Below are positions 27,857 through 44,560 of a stretch of 64,000 nt of DNA, one piece after another. The first letter of the stretch is position 1; the number at the start of each line of letters is the position of its first letter. The stretch lies in the NCBI RefSeq assembly GCF_009914755.1, contig NC_060934.1; one strand, given 5' to 3'. The notes below the pieces were generated by a model. That model searched no databases, was not told the DNA's origin, and worked only from the letters and a program-made list of their open reading frames with translations. The translations under genes were made by a program, and so were the position numbers. This DNA is from the human T2T-CHM13v2.0 reference genome, Homo sapiens.

Positions 27857-28165
27857 GCTGGGCGCAGTGGCTCACGCCTGTAATCCCAGCACTTTCGGAG
27901 GCAGAGGCGGGTGGATCACCTGAAGTCAGGAATTCAAGACCAGCCTGGCCAACATGGTAAAACCTCGTCTCTACTAAAAATACAAAAATTAGGCATGGTG
28001 ACGCATGCCTGTAGTCCCAGCTACTTGGGAGGCTGAGGCACGAGAATCACCTGAACCTGGGAGGTTAGAGGTTGCAGTGAGCCGAGATCGTGCCACTGCA
28101 CTCCAGCCTGGGTGATACAGCAAGACTGTCTTGAAAACAAAAAACAAAACAAAACAAAAAACAAA
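27857..28165 (+). mobile_element. AluS
   Basis: Full dimer, (CAAAA)n tail. Confidence 0.95.
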
Positions 28166-29344
28166 AACTTGCTTATTAGAATCTCATTTAGAGCTAACTA
28201 AAACCTAGAGTCAAATTTAATTATTTTTTAATGGTACCATTACTAAATACCAAACCATAACTCTACCATAACTCTACTAATTTTCATTTGCTCTCAATAA
28301 TATTGATTAAGTCAATTTTTCCAAAAAGTTAAGCTCACTTTTGGGAATAGCACTTTCCCACGTTAGGTATATTATTGAAAATTGAGACCTTTAAATGTTT
28401 TAACCTATCAGATTATTAGGCCTTTTTAAAAACTATGCCTATTTTATCATACTTGGGAATTTATAGGTATATATAATTTGATTTCTGCTTTCAAATAACT
28501 TGTTCCCCCAATTTGGGACAGAAACTATTAAAAGATATATTCAGATATGACTAAATTATTAGCCTGGGAAAATATTTTTTAAATAGCCCAGCTGAATGTT
28601 ATTTTGTTGTTGATTAAGTACTCCAAAGCAAACACTAATTGTTAAGCTCATGCTATGGATGTTTGCTTTCTATATATAAAATAAGAATTCTTCTACAAAC
28701 TTTTTACACTATGCATAAGTTCTTCTCTAAATATCTTAGTAGAGCTAAGAATAAACTTGTAATATAATGTTATTTCCAGGAATCTAGGATATTGTTGCTT
28801 TTGTAGTATCTTGGCCGTAAATACTTTAGAAGCATGTATGTATGTTAACAGATTTTATTTAAATCAGTTTAATGCCACTTAATTATTCATTATGTAGCTC
28901 TAGAAACTTACATAGCTCAACTACACATGGGAAAATTCAATAAAAATACATTAAATGCTACAACACATATTTTAAAGCCTCTTATGTAACAAGCAGTTTT
29001 AATATACTATGATCTATAACGTTTACTTACAAAATAATTTTATACACAACCTCTAGTTCCAGTATTGAGTTAGATGGCTGGTACACAGCTGTTCATTTTT
29101 TTTTTAAGTATATTAATAAGAAATAAATGAAAATGTAACAGAGGGCCATTCATAGTCCCATGCTCTTGATATATTATGAACCAGGGCTTATGGTTAATCC
29201 AATTCTGTAAATCTAAGTTTCATTATTATTTAAAAAATGTTTATTATGAATCAAATCACTTTTCCAAATGACAACTAAAACTGAAATAACTTTAGAAGTC
29301 TTTTAACTGTTCAATCATAAAAGCATTAGTTTTTTAGTCCTTAC

Positions 29345-29426
29345 CATCCTTTATAGTTTCTTTTGTTAAGCTTCTTCCGTAATGCTGGTTTTCTGTCTCA
29401 TAGCTATCGGAATGAACATGATAAAC
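29345..29426 (-). CDS. IPMK: IPMK internal coding exon (probably exon 5; 82 nt)
   Basis: tttttttgacag|GTTTATCAT...AAGGATG|gtaag; translates VYHVHSDSYETENQHYGRSLTKETIKD(G); phases match both neighbours. Confidence 0.96.
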
Positions 29427-29449
29427 CTGTCAAAAAAAGCAGTGAATAT

Positions 29450-30900
<1,451 letters not shown>

Positions 30901-32496
30901 AGCATTTCCAACTAAAACTCAGAAATGTCAGTTGGTTCTTTTTGGTAGATAATATTTGTACATATTTATGGGGCACATGTGATATTTTTTTACAGGCATA
31001 GAATGTGTAATGATAAAGTGAGGGTATTTAGGGTATTCACCACTACAAATATTTATCATTTCTATGTGTTCACAGTGTTTTTCCCACGCAGAAATCAAAA
31101 GAAAAATAGAGAAAAAAAACTGTTTGAAATTTATTTGATGAACAAAGGACATGTTTACACTTATGAGGGAAAAAACAAGAAACAAAGTGTTTAAGGTAGG
31201 TTTTGTAATAAACATATATGCAGTATTTGCATGTTTAAAATATCTCTGGAAGGGTATATAGAGAAAAAATAAGTATAATATGATATCTTGTATGGAGGCA
31301 GACTACTCAGCTGTACAGGTATACCTCATTTTATTGTGTTTCACTTCATTGTGCTTTACAAATATACTGCATTATTTACAAATTGAAGGTCTGTGGCAGC
31401 TTGAGCAAATCTATTGGTGCCACTTTTCCAACAGCATGTGCTCATTTCATTTCTCTGTATTACAATTTGGTAATTTTTGAAAATTCTCAAACTTAAGTAT
31501 CTGTTACAGTGATCTGTGATTAGTGATCTTTGATGTTACTCCTGTGATTATTTTGGGATGTCACGAAGCACACGCACATAAGATGGCAAATTGGATAAAT
31601 ATGTGTGTCCTGACTGTTCCACTGACCAGCTGTTCCCCCATCTCTCTTCCTCTCTTCAGGCCTCCCTATCCCCTGAGGCACAATATTGAAATTAGGCCAA
31701 TTAATAATTAGTAACCCTCCAATTAATTAATTAATAACCCTCCAATGGCCTCTAAGTGTTCAATGAAAGGAAATGTCACGTCTCTCACTTAAAATCAAAA
31801 GCTAAAAAGTGATTAACTTAGTAAGGAAGGCATCCTGAAAGCAAAGACAGGCCTAAAACTAGGCCTCTTGTGCCAAACAGCCAAGCTATGAATGCAAAGA
31901 AAAAGCTCTTGAAGGAAATTCAGAGTGCTAACTACAGTAAACACACAAATGATAAGAAAGTGAAACAGCCTTACTGCTAATATGAAGAAAGTGTTAGTGG
32001 TCTGGATAGAAGACCAAACCAGCCACAACATTACCTCAAGTCAAAGCCTAATCCAGGGTAAGACTCTCTTCAATTCTATTAAGGCTGAGAGTCACCATGA
32101 GGAAGCTGCGAAAGAAAAGTGCAAACTAGCAAAGGCTGGTTCATAGACCCTAGCAGAAGTTTATGGAAAGACGTTGTTTTTAACCTAAAATGCAAGGTGA
32201 AGCATTTAACCTAAAATGCAAGGTGAAGTAGTTGTAGAAGCTACAGCAACTTATCCAGAAGATAACTGATGAAGGTATCTACCCCAAACCACAGATTCTC
32301 AATGTAGATGAAACGGCCTTCTATTGAAAAAAATGCCACCTAGGGTTTTCATAGCTAGAGATAAGAAGTCAGTATCTGGCTTCAACGCTTCAAAGGACAG
32401 GCTAACTCTCTTATTAGGGGCAAATGCAGCTGGTGACTTTAAGTTGAAGCCAATACTCACTCATTTGTCCTAGAGCCCTTAAGAATTATGCTGAAT

Positions 32497-32780
<284 letters not shown>

Positions 32781-33414
32781 AATGTGCTGAATCTACTCTG
32801 CCTGGGCTCAAAGCCTGGATGACAGCACATCTGTTTATAGCATGGTTTACTGAATATTTTCAGCCCACCATTGAGAACTACTACTCAGAAAAAAAGATTC
32901 CTTCCAAAATATTACTGCTCATTGACAGTGCACCTGGTCACCTAACAAGATTACTGATGATGTACAAGGAGATTAATATTGTTTTCATGCCTGCTAATAA
33001 CATTCCTTTTGCAGTTCTATGGATCAAGGAGTAATTTCAACTTTTAAGTTCTATTATTTAAGAAATACATTTTGCAAGGCTACATACAGCTGCCATTGAT
33101 AGTAATTCCTCTGATGGACTGGGGCAATGTAAATTGAAAACCTTTTGGAAAGAATTCACCATTCTAGATGGCATAAAGAAGATTTGAGATTCATGGGAGG
33201 AGGTCAAAATATCAACATTAACAGGAGTTTGGAAGAAGTTAATTCCAACCCTCATGGATGACTTTGAGGAGTTCAATTCAAGACTTCAGTGGAGGAGGTA
33301 ACTGCAGATGTGGTAGAAAGAGCAAGTGAACTAGAATTAAGACTGAAGGCTGAAGATGTGACTGAATTGCTGCAATCTCATGATAAACCGTGAATGGATG
33401 AACAGTGACTTGCT

Positions 33415-33793
<379 letters not shown>

Positions 33794-34187
33794 TAAACAT
33801 TGTTGAAATGACAATGAACAATTTAGAATATTACATAAACTTACTTGATAAAGCAGTGGCAGGATCTGAGAGGACTGACTCCAATTTTCAAAGTTCTACT
33901 GTGGGTAAAATTCTATCAAAGAGCATCACATGCTCCAGAGAAACCTTTCATTTAAAAAAGAGTAAATTTATGTGGCAAACTTCATTGCTGTCTTATTTTA
34001 AGAAATTGCTGCAGGCACTCAAACCTTCAGCAGCCACCACCCTGATCAATCAGCAGCCACAGGCAAGAGCCTCTACTAGCAAAAGGAAACAACTCACTGA
34101 ACGCTCAGATGATCATTAGTATTCTTTAGCAATAAGTATTTTTTAATTAAAGTATACACACTGTTTTTTAAAAAAACATAATGCAAC

Positions 34188-34335
34188 CAGGCACAGTGCC
34201 TCATGCCTTTAATAATAGTGCTTTGGGAGGCTGAGGCAGGAAGACTGCTTGAGTGTAGGAGTTTAAGATGAGCCTGGGCAATATGGCAAGACCCCATCTC
34301 TATAAAAAATAAAAAATAAGCTAGGTGTGGTAGCA
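34188..34335 (+). mobile_element. Alu left arm (AluJ/FLAM-like)
   Basis: ccaggcacagtgcctcatgcc...gaccccatctctataaaaa. Confidence 0.8.
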
Positions 34336-34616
34336 AAGATATTTGTAATAAAAGTTAACATTCTCAACCTAAAAACACGTAAATACGTAACAAAAAAGTA
34401 TCCAATTTTTTTTTAATGGAAAGAAAACTGAGAAACAGGTGTAGGAGGACAGAATGATAAGCAAAAGCAAGCTCCAGCTTTTCCTCGTACGTCACCATAT
34501 TAGTTGCTCATTTTGCGACTTCTTTGCAGAAACTGACAAGCTGATCCTAAAATTCATGTGGAAACTAAAGGGATCCAGAATAGCCAAAACAAATTTGAAA
34601 AAGAGAGCAAAGCTGA

Positions 34617-34920
34617 GGCCAGGTGCAGTGGCTCACACCTGCAATCCCAGCACTTTGGGAGGCCAAGGCGGGAGGATCATTTGAGCCCATGAGTTCAAGA
34701 CTAGCCTAGGAAACAAAGTGAGACACAGTCTCCACAAAATAATTTAAAAATTAGTTGGGTGTGATGGTGTACACTTGTAGTGTCAATTACTTGGGAGGCT
34801 TAAGTAGGAGGATTGCTTGAGCCCAGCAGTTCGAGGCTGCAGTAAGACACGATCACGCTACTGCACTCTAGCCTGGATGACAGAGCAAAGACCCAGTCTC
34901 AAAATAAAATAAAATAAAAT
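34617..34920 (+). mobile_element. AluJ
   Basis: Full dimer. Confidence 0.92.
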
Positions 34921-35689
34921 TTAAAAAAGAACAAAATTGGAGGACTCATAATTCAAAACTTACTCCAAAGCAACATTAATCAAAACAGTGTAGTACTTGG
35001 CATAAGGATAGACAATATGAAAATGGAAAACATTTATGGTCAAAAATTTAATTCCAACAAGGGTATCAAGAATATTCACTGGGGGAATAACAGTCCTATC
35101 AACAAATGGTGCTGGGACAACTGGATATCCATATGCAAAAGAATGAAGTTTGACCCCTTCCTTAAAGCATACAAAAAATTAACTTAAAATGTATCATAAG
35201 TCTCAATACAAGAGATAAAATTATAACATTCTTACAAGAAAAATAGGAGTAAATCTTGATGAGTTTGGGTTAGGCAATGGTTTCTTAGATTTTACACCAA
35301 AAGCCTAGGTAACAAAAAAAAGTAAATTGGACTTCAAAATTAAAAATTTGGAGGCTTCGACAAATACTATCAAGTAAGAAAATCAGATTAGAAAAAAATT
35401 TGCAAATCAAAAGTTTGATGGATTTATATACAGCTCAATAATTAAAAACAAAATGTCTGAATAGACATTTTTCCAAAGAAGACATATGTAGTCAAAAACA
35501 TTGCACATGAAAAGATGCTCAACATCATTAATCATTAGAGAAAGGCAAATCAAAACCACAAGGAGATGCTACTCGACACCTACTAGGATGGCTTATAGCA
35601 GAAAAACAAAAAGGAACAAAGGTTTCAAGAATGTGGAGAAAATGGAACCATCATGAATTGCTGGTGGGAATGTAAAATGAACGGTGAAG

Positions 35690-35965
35690 CCACCATATGT
35701 TCTCACTTACAAGTGGGAACTAAGCTATGAGTAAACAAAGGCATACAGAGTAATACAATTGACTTTAGACACTTGGAAGGAGAAGAGTGGGAAGGGTGGC
35801 TAGGGATTTAAAAAACTACATATTAGGTACAATGTACGCTACTCAGGTGATGAGTACGCTAAAATCTCAGAATTTACCACTATATAATTCATCCATGTAA
35901 CAACAACAAAAAACTGTACCCCAAAAGCTACTTAAATAATTTTTTAAAAAATTAAATAACTAAAT
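35690..35965 (+). mobile_element. Nested L1MA/L1PB 3'-end fragment
   Basis: atgttctcacttacaagtgggaactaagctatgag...ctgtaccccaaaagctac. Confidence 0.8.
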
Positions 35966-37109
35966 AAAATGGTAAAGTCACTTTGGAAAAACACTTTGGC
36001 AGTTTCTCAAAAAGTTAAACATAAACTTAACCTTAGGACCTACCAGTTGCACAGTTAGGAATCTACCTGAGAGAAATAAAACATATACCTACACAGAAAC
36101 TTCTATACAAATGTTCATAACAGTTATTAGTAGCCCAGAAGTAGAAACAACCCAAAGTCCATCAATGAATGAATGGATAAACAAAATGTGGTATATCCAT
36201 ATAATCGAATATTATTTGGCAATAAAAAACAAAGTACTGACTTATATGACAACATGGGTGAACTTTAAAAACACGAAACTAAATCAAAGAAGCCAGTCAC
36301 AAAATACCACACATTGTACTGTAAATTTGATTTATATGAATCGTCCAGAAGGGGCAAATCCATAGAGATAGAAAATAGATTAGTGGTTCCCTAGGGACAG
36401 GGAGTTTGGAAGGAAATTGGTAGGGACTGCTAATGTGTATGAAGTTTTTGCAGAAGTGGTAAAAAATACTGTAAGTTGAATGTGGTAATAGTTGCCCAAG
36501 TCTATGAATTGATTAAAACCAGTGAACTCTATACTTTAAATGATTAACAGAATGGTATGTAAATGACATCTCGCTAAAGCTATTTTAAAAAACTAAACCT
36601 CTTTAAGAAATAAACCTCCATTTATGTCTAGGGAAACAATAAATCCCAGCAGAGTGAAATCATACAATACCCTATTTGCTTATCCTGTCCATGTACCCTA
36701 AAGGTAATGCAAACCCAAAGAAGAGTTTACTATTATTATTATTTTATTTCAATAGCTTTTGGGGAATAGGTGGTTTTTTTGTTACATGGATAAGTTCTTC
36801 AGTGGTGATTTCTGAGATCTTGGTGCACCTGTCACCCAAGCAGTGCACATTTTACTGAATGTGTAGTCTTATCCCTCACCTGCATCCCACCCTTCCTCAA
36901 GTCCCCAAAGTCCATTATCTCATTCTTATGCTTTTGCATCCTCAAAACCTAGCTCCCACTTGTGAGAGCCTATAGTATTTGGTTTTCCATTCTTGAGTTC
37001 TCTTAGAATAATGGTCTCCAACTCCATTCAAGTTGCTGCAAATGCCACTATTTCACTCCTTTTTATGGCTGAGTAATAGTCCACCATGTATATATATATA
37101 TATCACATT

Positions 37110-37388
37110 TTCTTTTCTTGTTTTGAGACGGAGTCTTGCTCTGTTGCCCAGGCCTGGAGCGCAATGGCACGATCTCAGCTCACTGCAAACTCCGCCTCCT
37201 GGGTTCAAGCGATTCTCCTGCCTCAGCCTCCTGAGTAGCTAGGACTACAGGCACCCACCACCAAGCCTGGCTAAATGTTTTGTATTTTTAGTAGAGATGG
37301 GGTTTCACCATGTTAGCTAGGATGGTCTCGATCTCCTGACCTTGTGATCCGCCTGCCTCGGCCTCCCGAAGTGCTGGGATTACAGGCA
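37110..37388 (-). mobile_element. AluS (5'-truncated)
   Basis: TSD atcacattttcttt. Confidence 0.93.
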
Positions 37389-38022
37389 ATCACATTTTCT
37401 TTATCCATTCATTGGTTGACAGGCATTTAGACAGGTTCCATATTTTTGCAACTGCGAATTGTACTGCTATAAACATGCATATGCAAGTGTCTTTTTCATA
37501 TAACAACTTCTTTTCCTTTGGGTACCCAGTAGTGGGATTGCTAGATCGAATGGTAGTTCTTTTAGTTCACACTGTTTTCCATAGTGGTTGTATTAGTTTA
37601 CATTCCCACCAGCAGTGTAAAAGTGTTCTCTTTTCAACACATCCATGTTAAAGTCCATTTGTTCTAGGGTATAGTTTAAGTCCATTGTTTCTTTGTTGAC
37701 TTTCTGTCTTGATAACCCATCGAGTGCTGTCAGTGGAGTACTGAAGTGCCCCACTATTATTGTGTGTTATCTCATTTCTTAGGTCTAGTAGTAATTACTT
37801 TATGAATTTAGGAGCTCCAGTGTTAGGTGCATATATATTTAGGATTGTGATGATCTTTTTGCAATGAATTTCCTAGGATTTCTTTGCGTTTCTTGTAATT
37901 GATGTCTAGATCTCTAGCAAGGCCAGAGAAGTTTTCCGTAATTATTCCCTCAGATAAGTTTTCCAAACTTTTAGATTTCTTTAGGAAGACCAATTATTCT
38001 TAGGTTTGGCCATTTAACATAA

Positions 38023-38344
<322 letters not shown>

Positions 38345-41222
38345 CTGTTTTTAAAATTTAAGTTGCTTTCCACCTTTCTCTGGTATCTCCTTGAGTAGCT
38401 TAATAATCAGCCTTCTGAATTCTTTATATGGCAATTCAGAGATTTCATCTCGGTTTGGATCCATTGCTAGGGAGCTACTGTGATCTTTTCGGGGTGTTAT
38501 AGAGCCCTGTTTTTGTCATATTACCAGAATTAGTTTTCTAATTCCTTCTCGTTTGGGTAGACTGCTTCTTCAAATTGTTCTTGAATATATTTTTGATTTG
38601 ACTGTTTTTTATTTACTTTTTCTCTCTCTCTCTTAAGGATTAGACTTTAATGTTCATTTTAGTCTAAACTGATTCTTGGTACTTGTAGGGATAAAGACTC
38701 TGTATGAGTTCCTTAGTTATAGAGAGTCTTTGTGTGCTGGCTTTCCCTAATGCTGGCTATAGTAGTTATATTATTAGTGTGTGGGTGAGTTCACTGTCTC
38801 CTATAGAGTTGGAATGGCAGGGATCTCTTGAAGCTTATCTTGTTCTCTCGTGGTGTACACCTTATTTATTTAATTTTTTCCTAAGTTGATGATTCCGGCT
38901 TCAGGCCCATAGAGGGGGTATCCCTGCATAGGCAGCAGATGTCGCTAAGGCAGGTGAGTAGATGTAATACCCAATGGTGGGCCAAAGTCCCAGCCTTGAT
39001 GAGGGTAGCTGGGGTGGCTCTCAATTAGATGTGCTGAGGATTTATCAGAGTGAAGAGTGGGAACTACCACAGCTTCCCTACCAAGTCAGCGGGAAAACTA
39101 TTTACCTCACAGCCTCACTCCTATACTAGTGTTTCAGCTATTCTGATCAGACAGGCACCTCTTTTCATCTATAGGAATGTTGTTATTCCAAACAGGGAGT
39201 GATTGTGACTCTGCCTCTTGTGCAGGCCTGAATCTGGGGGGTGCTCCTCCTGTCAGGCTGCACTTACCCTGGATTATTCCAGAATGGCTTTCTATAGGTG
39301 CCTCCATGCTGCATTCCTGTAGGGGATGCCCCAGCTATGTCTACAGTGGAGTCCTGGGGAGAACAAGGACCTCTTCTCCAAGGTCCTTCATGATCACAGT
39401 GGCTGCCCGCCTGTTGCAGTGTATATGCAGACTTTCCCAGCTGTACCTAGCACTGCAATTGTGTCTCTGCTGTGAGAAACTACCCACCAGTGAAAAGATC
39501 TGGAACTCAAGGCCTGCTGTTCAGATTCTTTTGTCCCACAGGGTGATCCTTTGATGTGGTGCTCTCCCTATTCCCCTGGCGATGGGGCTTCCTGAGAGCC
39601 AGACTGTAGTGATCGTTATTGTTCTTCTGGGTCTAGCTACTCAGCAAGGCTACCTGGCTCCAGGCTCCGGTATGTGCTGGGAATGTCTGCCTGTGATGCG
39701 ATCAGTCTTCAGGTCTCCCAGTCATGGATAACAGCACCTGCTCTAGTGGAGGTGGCAGGGGAGTGAGGTAGACTCTGTGAGAATCCTTCATCGTAGGTAG
39801 GTTTAGTGTGCTGGCTTTCTCGAATGCTGGTTATGCTAGCAGTGAAGTTGTTACATGGACAGACTGAGGACCACTGGTTAGTCAGGGTGTTGGAGGCAGT
39901 AGCTTTAGCGGTTGTTTTCTCCTTCCTGGGAGCAGTTATTCTGTCATGAGTTGCTGTAATGGCCTGAGTTGGTTGGCCTCCAGCCAGGAGGTAGTGCTTA
40001 CAAGAGAGCACCACTTGCAGTATTGGCAGTAGGATCTGAGCTTGCCCTAAGTTGGCAAGGGGGAATTATTCTGATTTCTCACATGATGGGCAATGCCATA
40101 AAGCTCCCAAGAGTTTATGTCTTATCAGGGCAGGTAGAGAAAAACCATCAGGTGGGGGCAGGGTTAGGCAGGTCTGAGCTCAGACTCTCCTTGGGTGGGG
40201 CTTGCTGCAGCCACTGTGGGGGATGGGGGGTGGTTCTCAGGCCAATGGGATTATATTCCAGAGGAACGTATTGCTGTCTGTGCTGTGCTGTATAGTTTGC
40301 CAGAGAAGTGGGGAATAGCCAGTAGCGAAGGGACTCACCCAGCTCCCACGCAGTTGGCGAGGCTGGTGTTGCTCCCACAGTGCATGTTAACAGCCCCAAG
40401 TTTAGATCTGGGCAGCCTGCATGTGAAACACAGACCTGCCCTGGGCCATAAGCTTCCCCACTGAGAAAGCAAGCATGGCTTTCAGGCTACACCCCTCCTT
40501 GTCTGCCAACAATGGTGATGGCTCCTGTGCTCCTATCTGCAGCATTTCCCATTTGCCCCTGCATTCTGCTCAAGTAAGTTCGTGCCCACTTGAAATTGCC
40601 ACAAAATTCAGCTGCAAGCTTCTTTCACCCTGTGACTAGTCCCTAATTCCGCTGGCTGCCTTCCCTGAGATCCCATGTGAAATATAGTCAGGGATTACTT
40701 CCCTGGGCTTGCGCTGGAGACTGGGAGTACCTACGAGGCTGTTCCTGCTGTTGCTTCTACTTTTACATTTTACGTGGCCCCCTAAATCCATTCCACCTCT
40801 AGGTAAGGTTAAATCCTCCAACTGTGATCTGGATTCTCAGATTCACTCAGGGGGTATGTGTTCGAAGGCAGGTCTTCCCCCCTCACACTTTGGGAATTCA
40901 CAGTTTTTCACCTAACTCACAGAGTTTGCAGTGATCCTTTCAAAAGATCTGTGAATTCGTTTGGTTTTCCTGGTACTTTCCTGTGGTGGTTTTTGGAATG
41001 ATAGTTCACATTGTGAATCTCCACACACTGTTCTGTCCATCCACGTGGAAGATGCACATTAGCCCTGCCTCCCATCCACCATCTTCCTCCCATCTGACAG
41101 AAGAGTTTTTGAATAGGGAACATCATGATTAGATATACATTCTACAATGTTTAGAGAAAGAATTATAAAATAACAAAACTGAACTTGAGAGACTAGACTC
41201 TGGAGAGGGATAATAGTGATAA

Positions 41223-41596
<374 letters not shown>

Positions 41597-41679
41597 TGAC
41601 TACCCGGTCTCTAATGTGTAAAACTGGTTACATGGTGATTCCATTTACTGAGACAGGGAATAACAGGGATTTGTTTTTA

Positions 41680-42032
41680 GGCTGGGCACAGTGGCTCATG
41701 CTTGCAGTCCCAGCACTGCTTGGGATTGCCCAGGATCACTTGAGCCCAGGAGTTCAAGACCAGCCTGGGCAACGTGAACCTCATCTGTACTAAAACCTCA
41801 GTGCAACAGTGAAACAGTGCACAGTAGCAACAATGAAACCTCATCTGTACTAAAAAAAAAAAAAAAAATCAGCCAAGTGTAGTGGCACATGCCTGTAGTC
41901 CCAGCTACTCGGAAGAAGGCTGAGGCAGGAGGATCCCGTGAACCCAGGGGTTGAGGCTGCAGGGAGCCATGATCTTGCCACTGCACTCCAGCCTGGGTGA
42001 CATCTCACCAAAAAAAAAAAAAAAAAAAAAAA
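41680..42032 (+). mobile_element. AluJ with internal rearrangement
   Basis: Dimer with duplicated aacctcatctgtactaaaa; long A-tail. Confidence 0.88.
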
Positions 42033-42091
42033 ATTTGTTTTCATTGTTGTGGTTGTTGGTTTGCAAGAGGGATAATGAGTGTGTCAGTTTT

Positions 42092-43257
42092 GTGGGGTTT
42101 TTTTCCCCAACTAAATTAGAATCTTTTTATTCTCTTAGTAATCTCTTCCAGAGTCAACTACTTCCATTGTAGGTGATAAAATGTATAAGGTCCACTTCAG
42201 ATGTTGGCATTGCTATGAGCATGGTCTCTCCCCTTTACTGCAACTCAGAATTAAAACTTTTGCTTCTTATTTTTTATATTCCAGTTCCAGAAGTAGTTTC
42301 CACCGTGAAAGTTATTTAACAACAGTCTTATTCTTTCTAGTAGTGGCTTACTACCAGGCTCCAGCTTCTTCAGGAACGTTACAAGATGGATTTAGTTTAA
42401 ATATGTATTAAAGTAAAAGGTATTCTATCAAATGAGTTTAAATGCATTTTGTTTTTAGATAACCTACATGACACGTTTTTCTTAAAAACAATGCATCCAC
42501 TCCATGCATCCATAGTCAAAATAAATGAAAAGCTCAAGATGACATCAGTACCATTTGTCTTAAGACCTGGTGTTGTATGGATGACAAGCAGCAGCCAGTT
42601 ATGATGACAGGTGATAGATCCAAAGTAATTGCCGAATTTGTTAACCCTTTTCCATTTCTGAACCACCCTTAAAGAAAATCATTTATGGGATCACTATCCT
42701 CATGATAGTCCAACAGAGCAACCATGCCATCTGGATTCATGTTTTCACCAGTAAAGAACTAGTAGCTTTTGCAATCAGCAAGGATGTGCAGCCTCTGTCG
42801 CAAAAGGTTTTACTTTTTCTGGTCTCTGTTCTTCAAGTTTGCCTTTGATTGTTTTCATGTAATCTTTGATGTAGTTCTTGTAGGTGTTTTTTGTGAAGCT
42901 GGTTTCTTGCAAGTGATAGTCTGTGACAGTATCAACAGTGATAACTGTGGTTTTGGTACCTTTGCCCTCGGGACCTTCAGCAGAGGCATTTCCGCCAATG
43001 AGCAAGTCATCAGTGTTACCCTCTGTCCTACTGACCATATTCCCCTCCACCACCAGGCACAGCCCATCTGCAATCTCCCAAATCTCATAAATGTGGAATA
43101 ACACCTATCTCATCATAGCTGATGAGATGCTGGTAAACAATCATGATGGCAGCTGAAGGGAGACAGAGGACAGTGGTGCTAGCTTAGCAGGAGCCGGGAG
43201 CTCTGGGCGATGGTGGTGGAGCTAGAGTGCTCCAGGAAAGGGGAACCATGGAAAAAG
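42092..43257 (-). pseudogene. Full-length TPT1 (TCTP) processed pseudogene in an IPMK intron (probably TPT1P10, from memory)
   Basis: Intronless. ATG at 43144 (MIVYQHLISYDE..), then ...[40 protein letters not shown]...[37 protein letters not shown]. Frameshifts and stops are present. 5' and 3' UTRs retained, AATAAA at 42126-42131, A-tail remnant, TSD tgtcagtttt at 42082-42091 and 43261-43270. Confidence 0.95.
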
Positions 43258-43269
43258 TTATGTCAGTTT

Positions 43270-44560
43270 TTTATGTACTGAGTTCAAGATGTCTTTAAGC
43301 ACTTAAGATATTTAAGTAAGGTATCCAGTAAGTTGTTAGATGTACATATCAGGAGATCAAAGAAAAAGCAGAGCCTGCTGATAAACATTCATGAGTTATG
43401 TGTGTAACTAAAATGAGAATAGAGAGCCCTGCTTAAGAAGAAATAGAAAAGGAAGGCAGATGTTAAAATGGAACCAAGAGGAATACCTCAGCATTTAAAG
43501 AATAAATAGAGGCTGGGCGCGGTGGCTCACGCCTGTAATCCCAACACTATGGGAGGCCAAGGCGGGCGGATCACAAGGTCAGGAGATTGAGACCATCCTG
43601 GCTAACATGGTGAAATCCCATATCTACTAAAAAAAATACTAAAAATTAGCAGGATGTGGTGGCGGGTGCCTGTAGTCCCAGCTACGCGGTAGGCTGAGGC
43701 AGGAGAATGGCATGAAGCCAGGAGGCGGAGCTTGCAGTGAGCAGAGATGCGACACTGCACTTCAGCCTGGGCGACAGAGCGAGACTCCGTCTCAAAAAAA
43801 AAAAGAAAAAAAAAAAGAAAAAATAGAAATGGGCTGGCAAAGAAGATTGCAAAGTGGCCTTAGGCAGAAACCAGGAGAGAGATGGGTGCCATAGATTCAA
43901 AGAAGAATGTTTCAAGGAGGGTGTGGCTGGCATTGAAAGCTACTTTTCAAAGTAAAGTAAGGTAATGAAAAATGCCATTTGGAATTAGTGGCATGGTGGT
44001 GCTTAATGAAGAGCTAATCCATTAGCATGATGGGGCAGAAGCCAGATTAGAATGAGCCAAATACTGAATGGGAAATAGGGAAATAGAAATAACGAGTTTG
44101 GTTGTAAAGCCGAGACAAGCTAAATCTGCAGTTGGAAAGCAAAGCAGGTTAAAGGTGGGGTTTTGATGTTTTGTTTTTTAAAAAACTTGACAGTGATTTG
44201 AAGATATTTAAAGCAAAATGATAAAAGCCAGTAAAGAGGCAGAAGTTGAAAATATAAGAAAGATAAGAGAAAATCAATAGTATAAGGTTCTTGAAGAGAT
44301 AAGAAGGAATGAGATTCAGAGGGCGTACAGAGGAACTGTCCTTAGATAGGAGGACGGAAAATTCTTCAATGTGACGGGAAAGAACAATGAGGGAATAAAA
44401 GCAACTGCAGGTAAGGCATGTGCATCTGTTAGCAAGAAATTAAGGGAAATCCTGTTGGATGATTTTTATTTTTTCTAAAGCAGAAAGCAGTCATCTGCTA
44501 AAAGTCAGAAGGAAAGAGGGAGGGTGAGAGATCTGAAAACAGTGGAGGCTTAAATAGTTG
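43270..44560 (-). mobile_element. L2 segments (apparent host of the TPT1 retrocopy)
   Basis: gaaaccaggagaga; gaagaatgtttcaagg; ggggcagaagccagattagaatgag. Confidence 0.65.
43511..43815 (+). mobile_element. AluY-like
   Basis: TSD aaagaa(t/a)aaataga. Confidence 0.93.

Larger units (their letters stand above)
34500..36590 (+). mobile_element. L1MB-like 3' portion with nested Alu and L1
   Basis: gacaagctgatcctaaaattcat; caacaaatggtgctgggacaactggatatccat; aaagaagccagtcacaaaataccac. Confidence 0.88.

Noticed and set aside
42775-43104. 109-aa TCTP-like ORF as a functional retrogene
   Set aside because: The true ATG (43144) is out of frame, this frame starts at a non-ATG codon, and the C-terminus is lost by frameshift.
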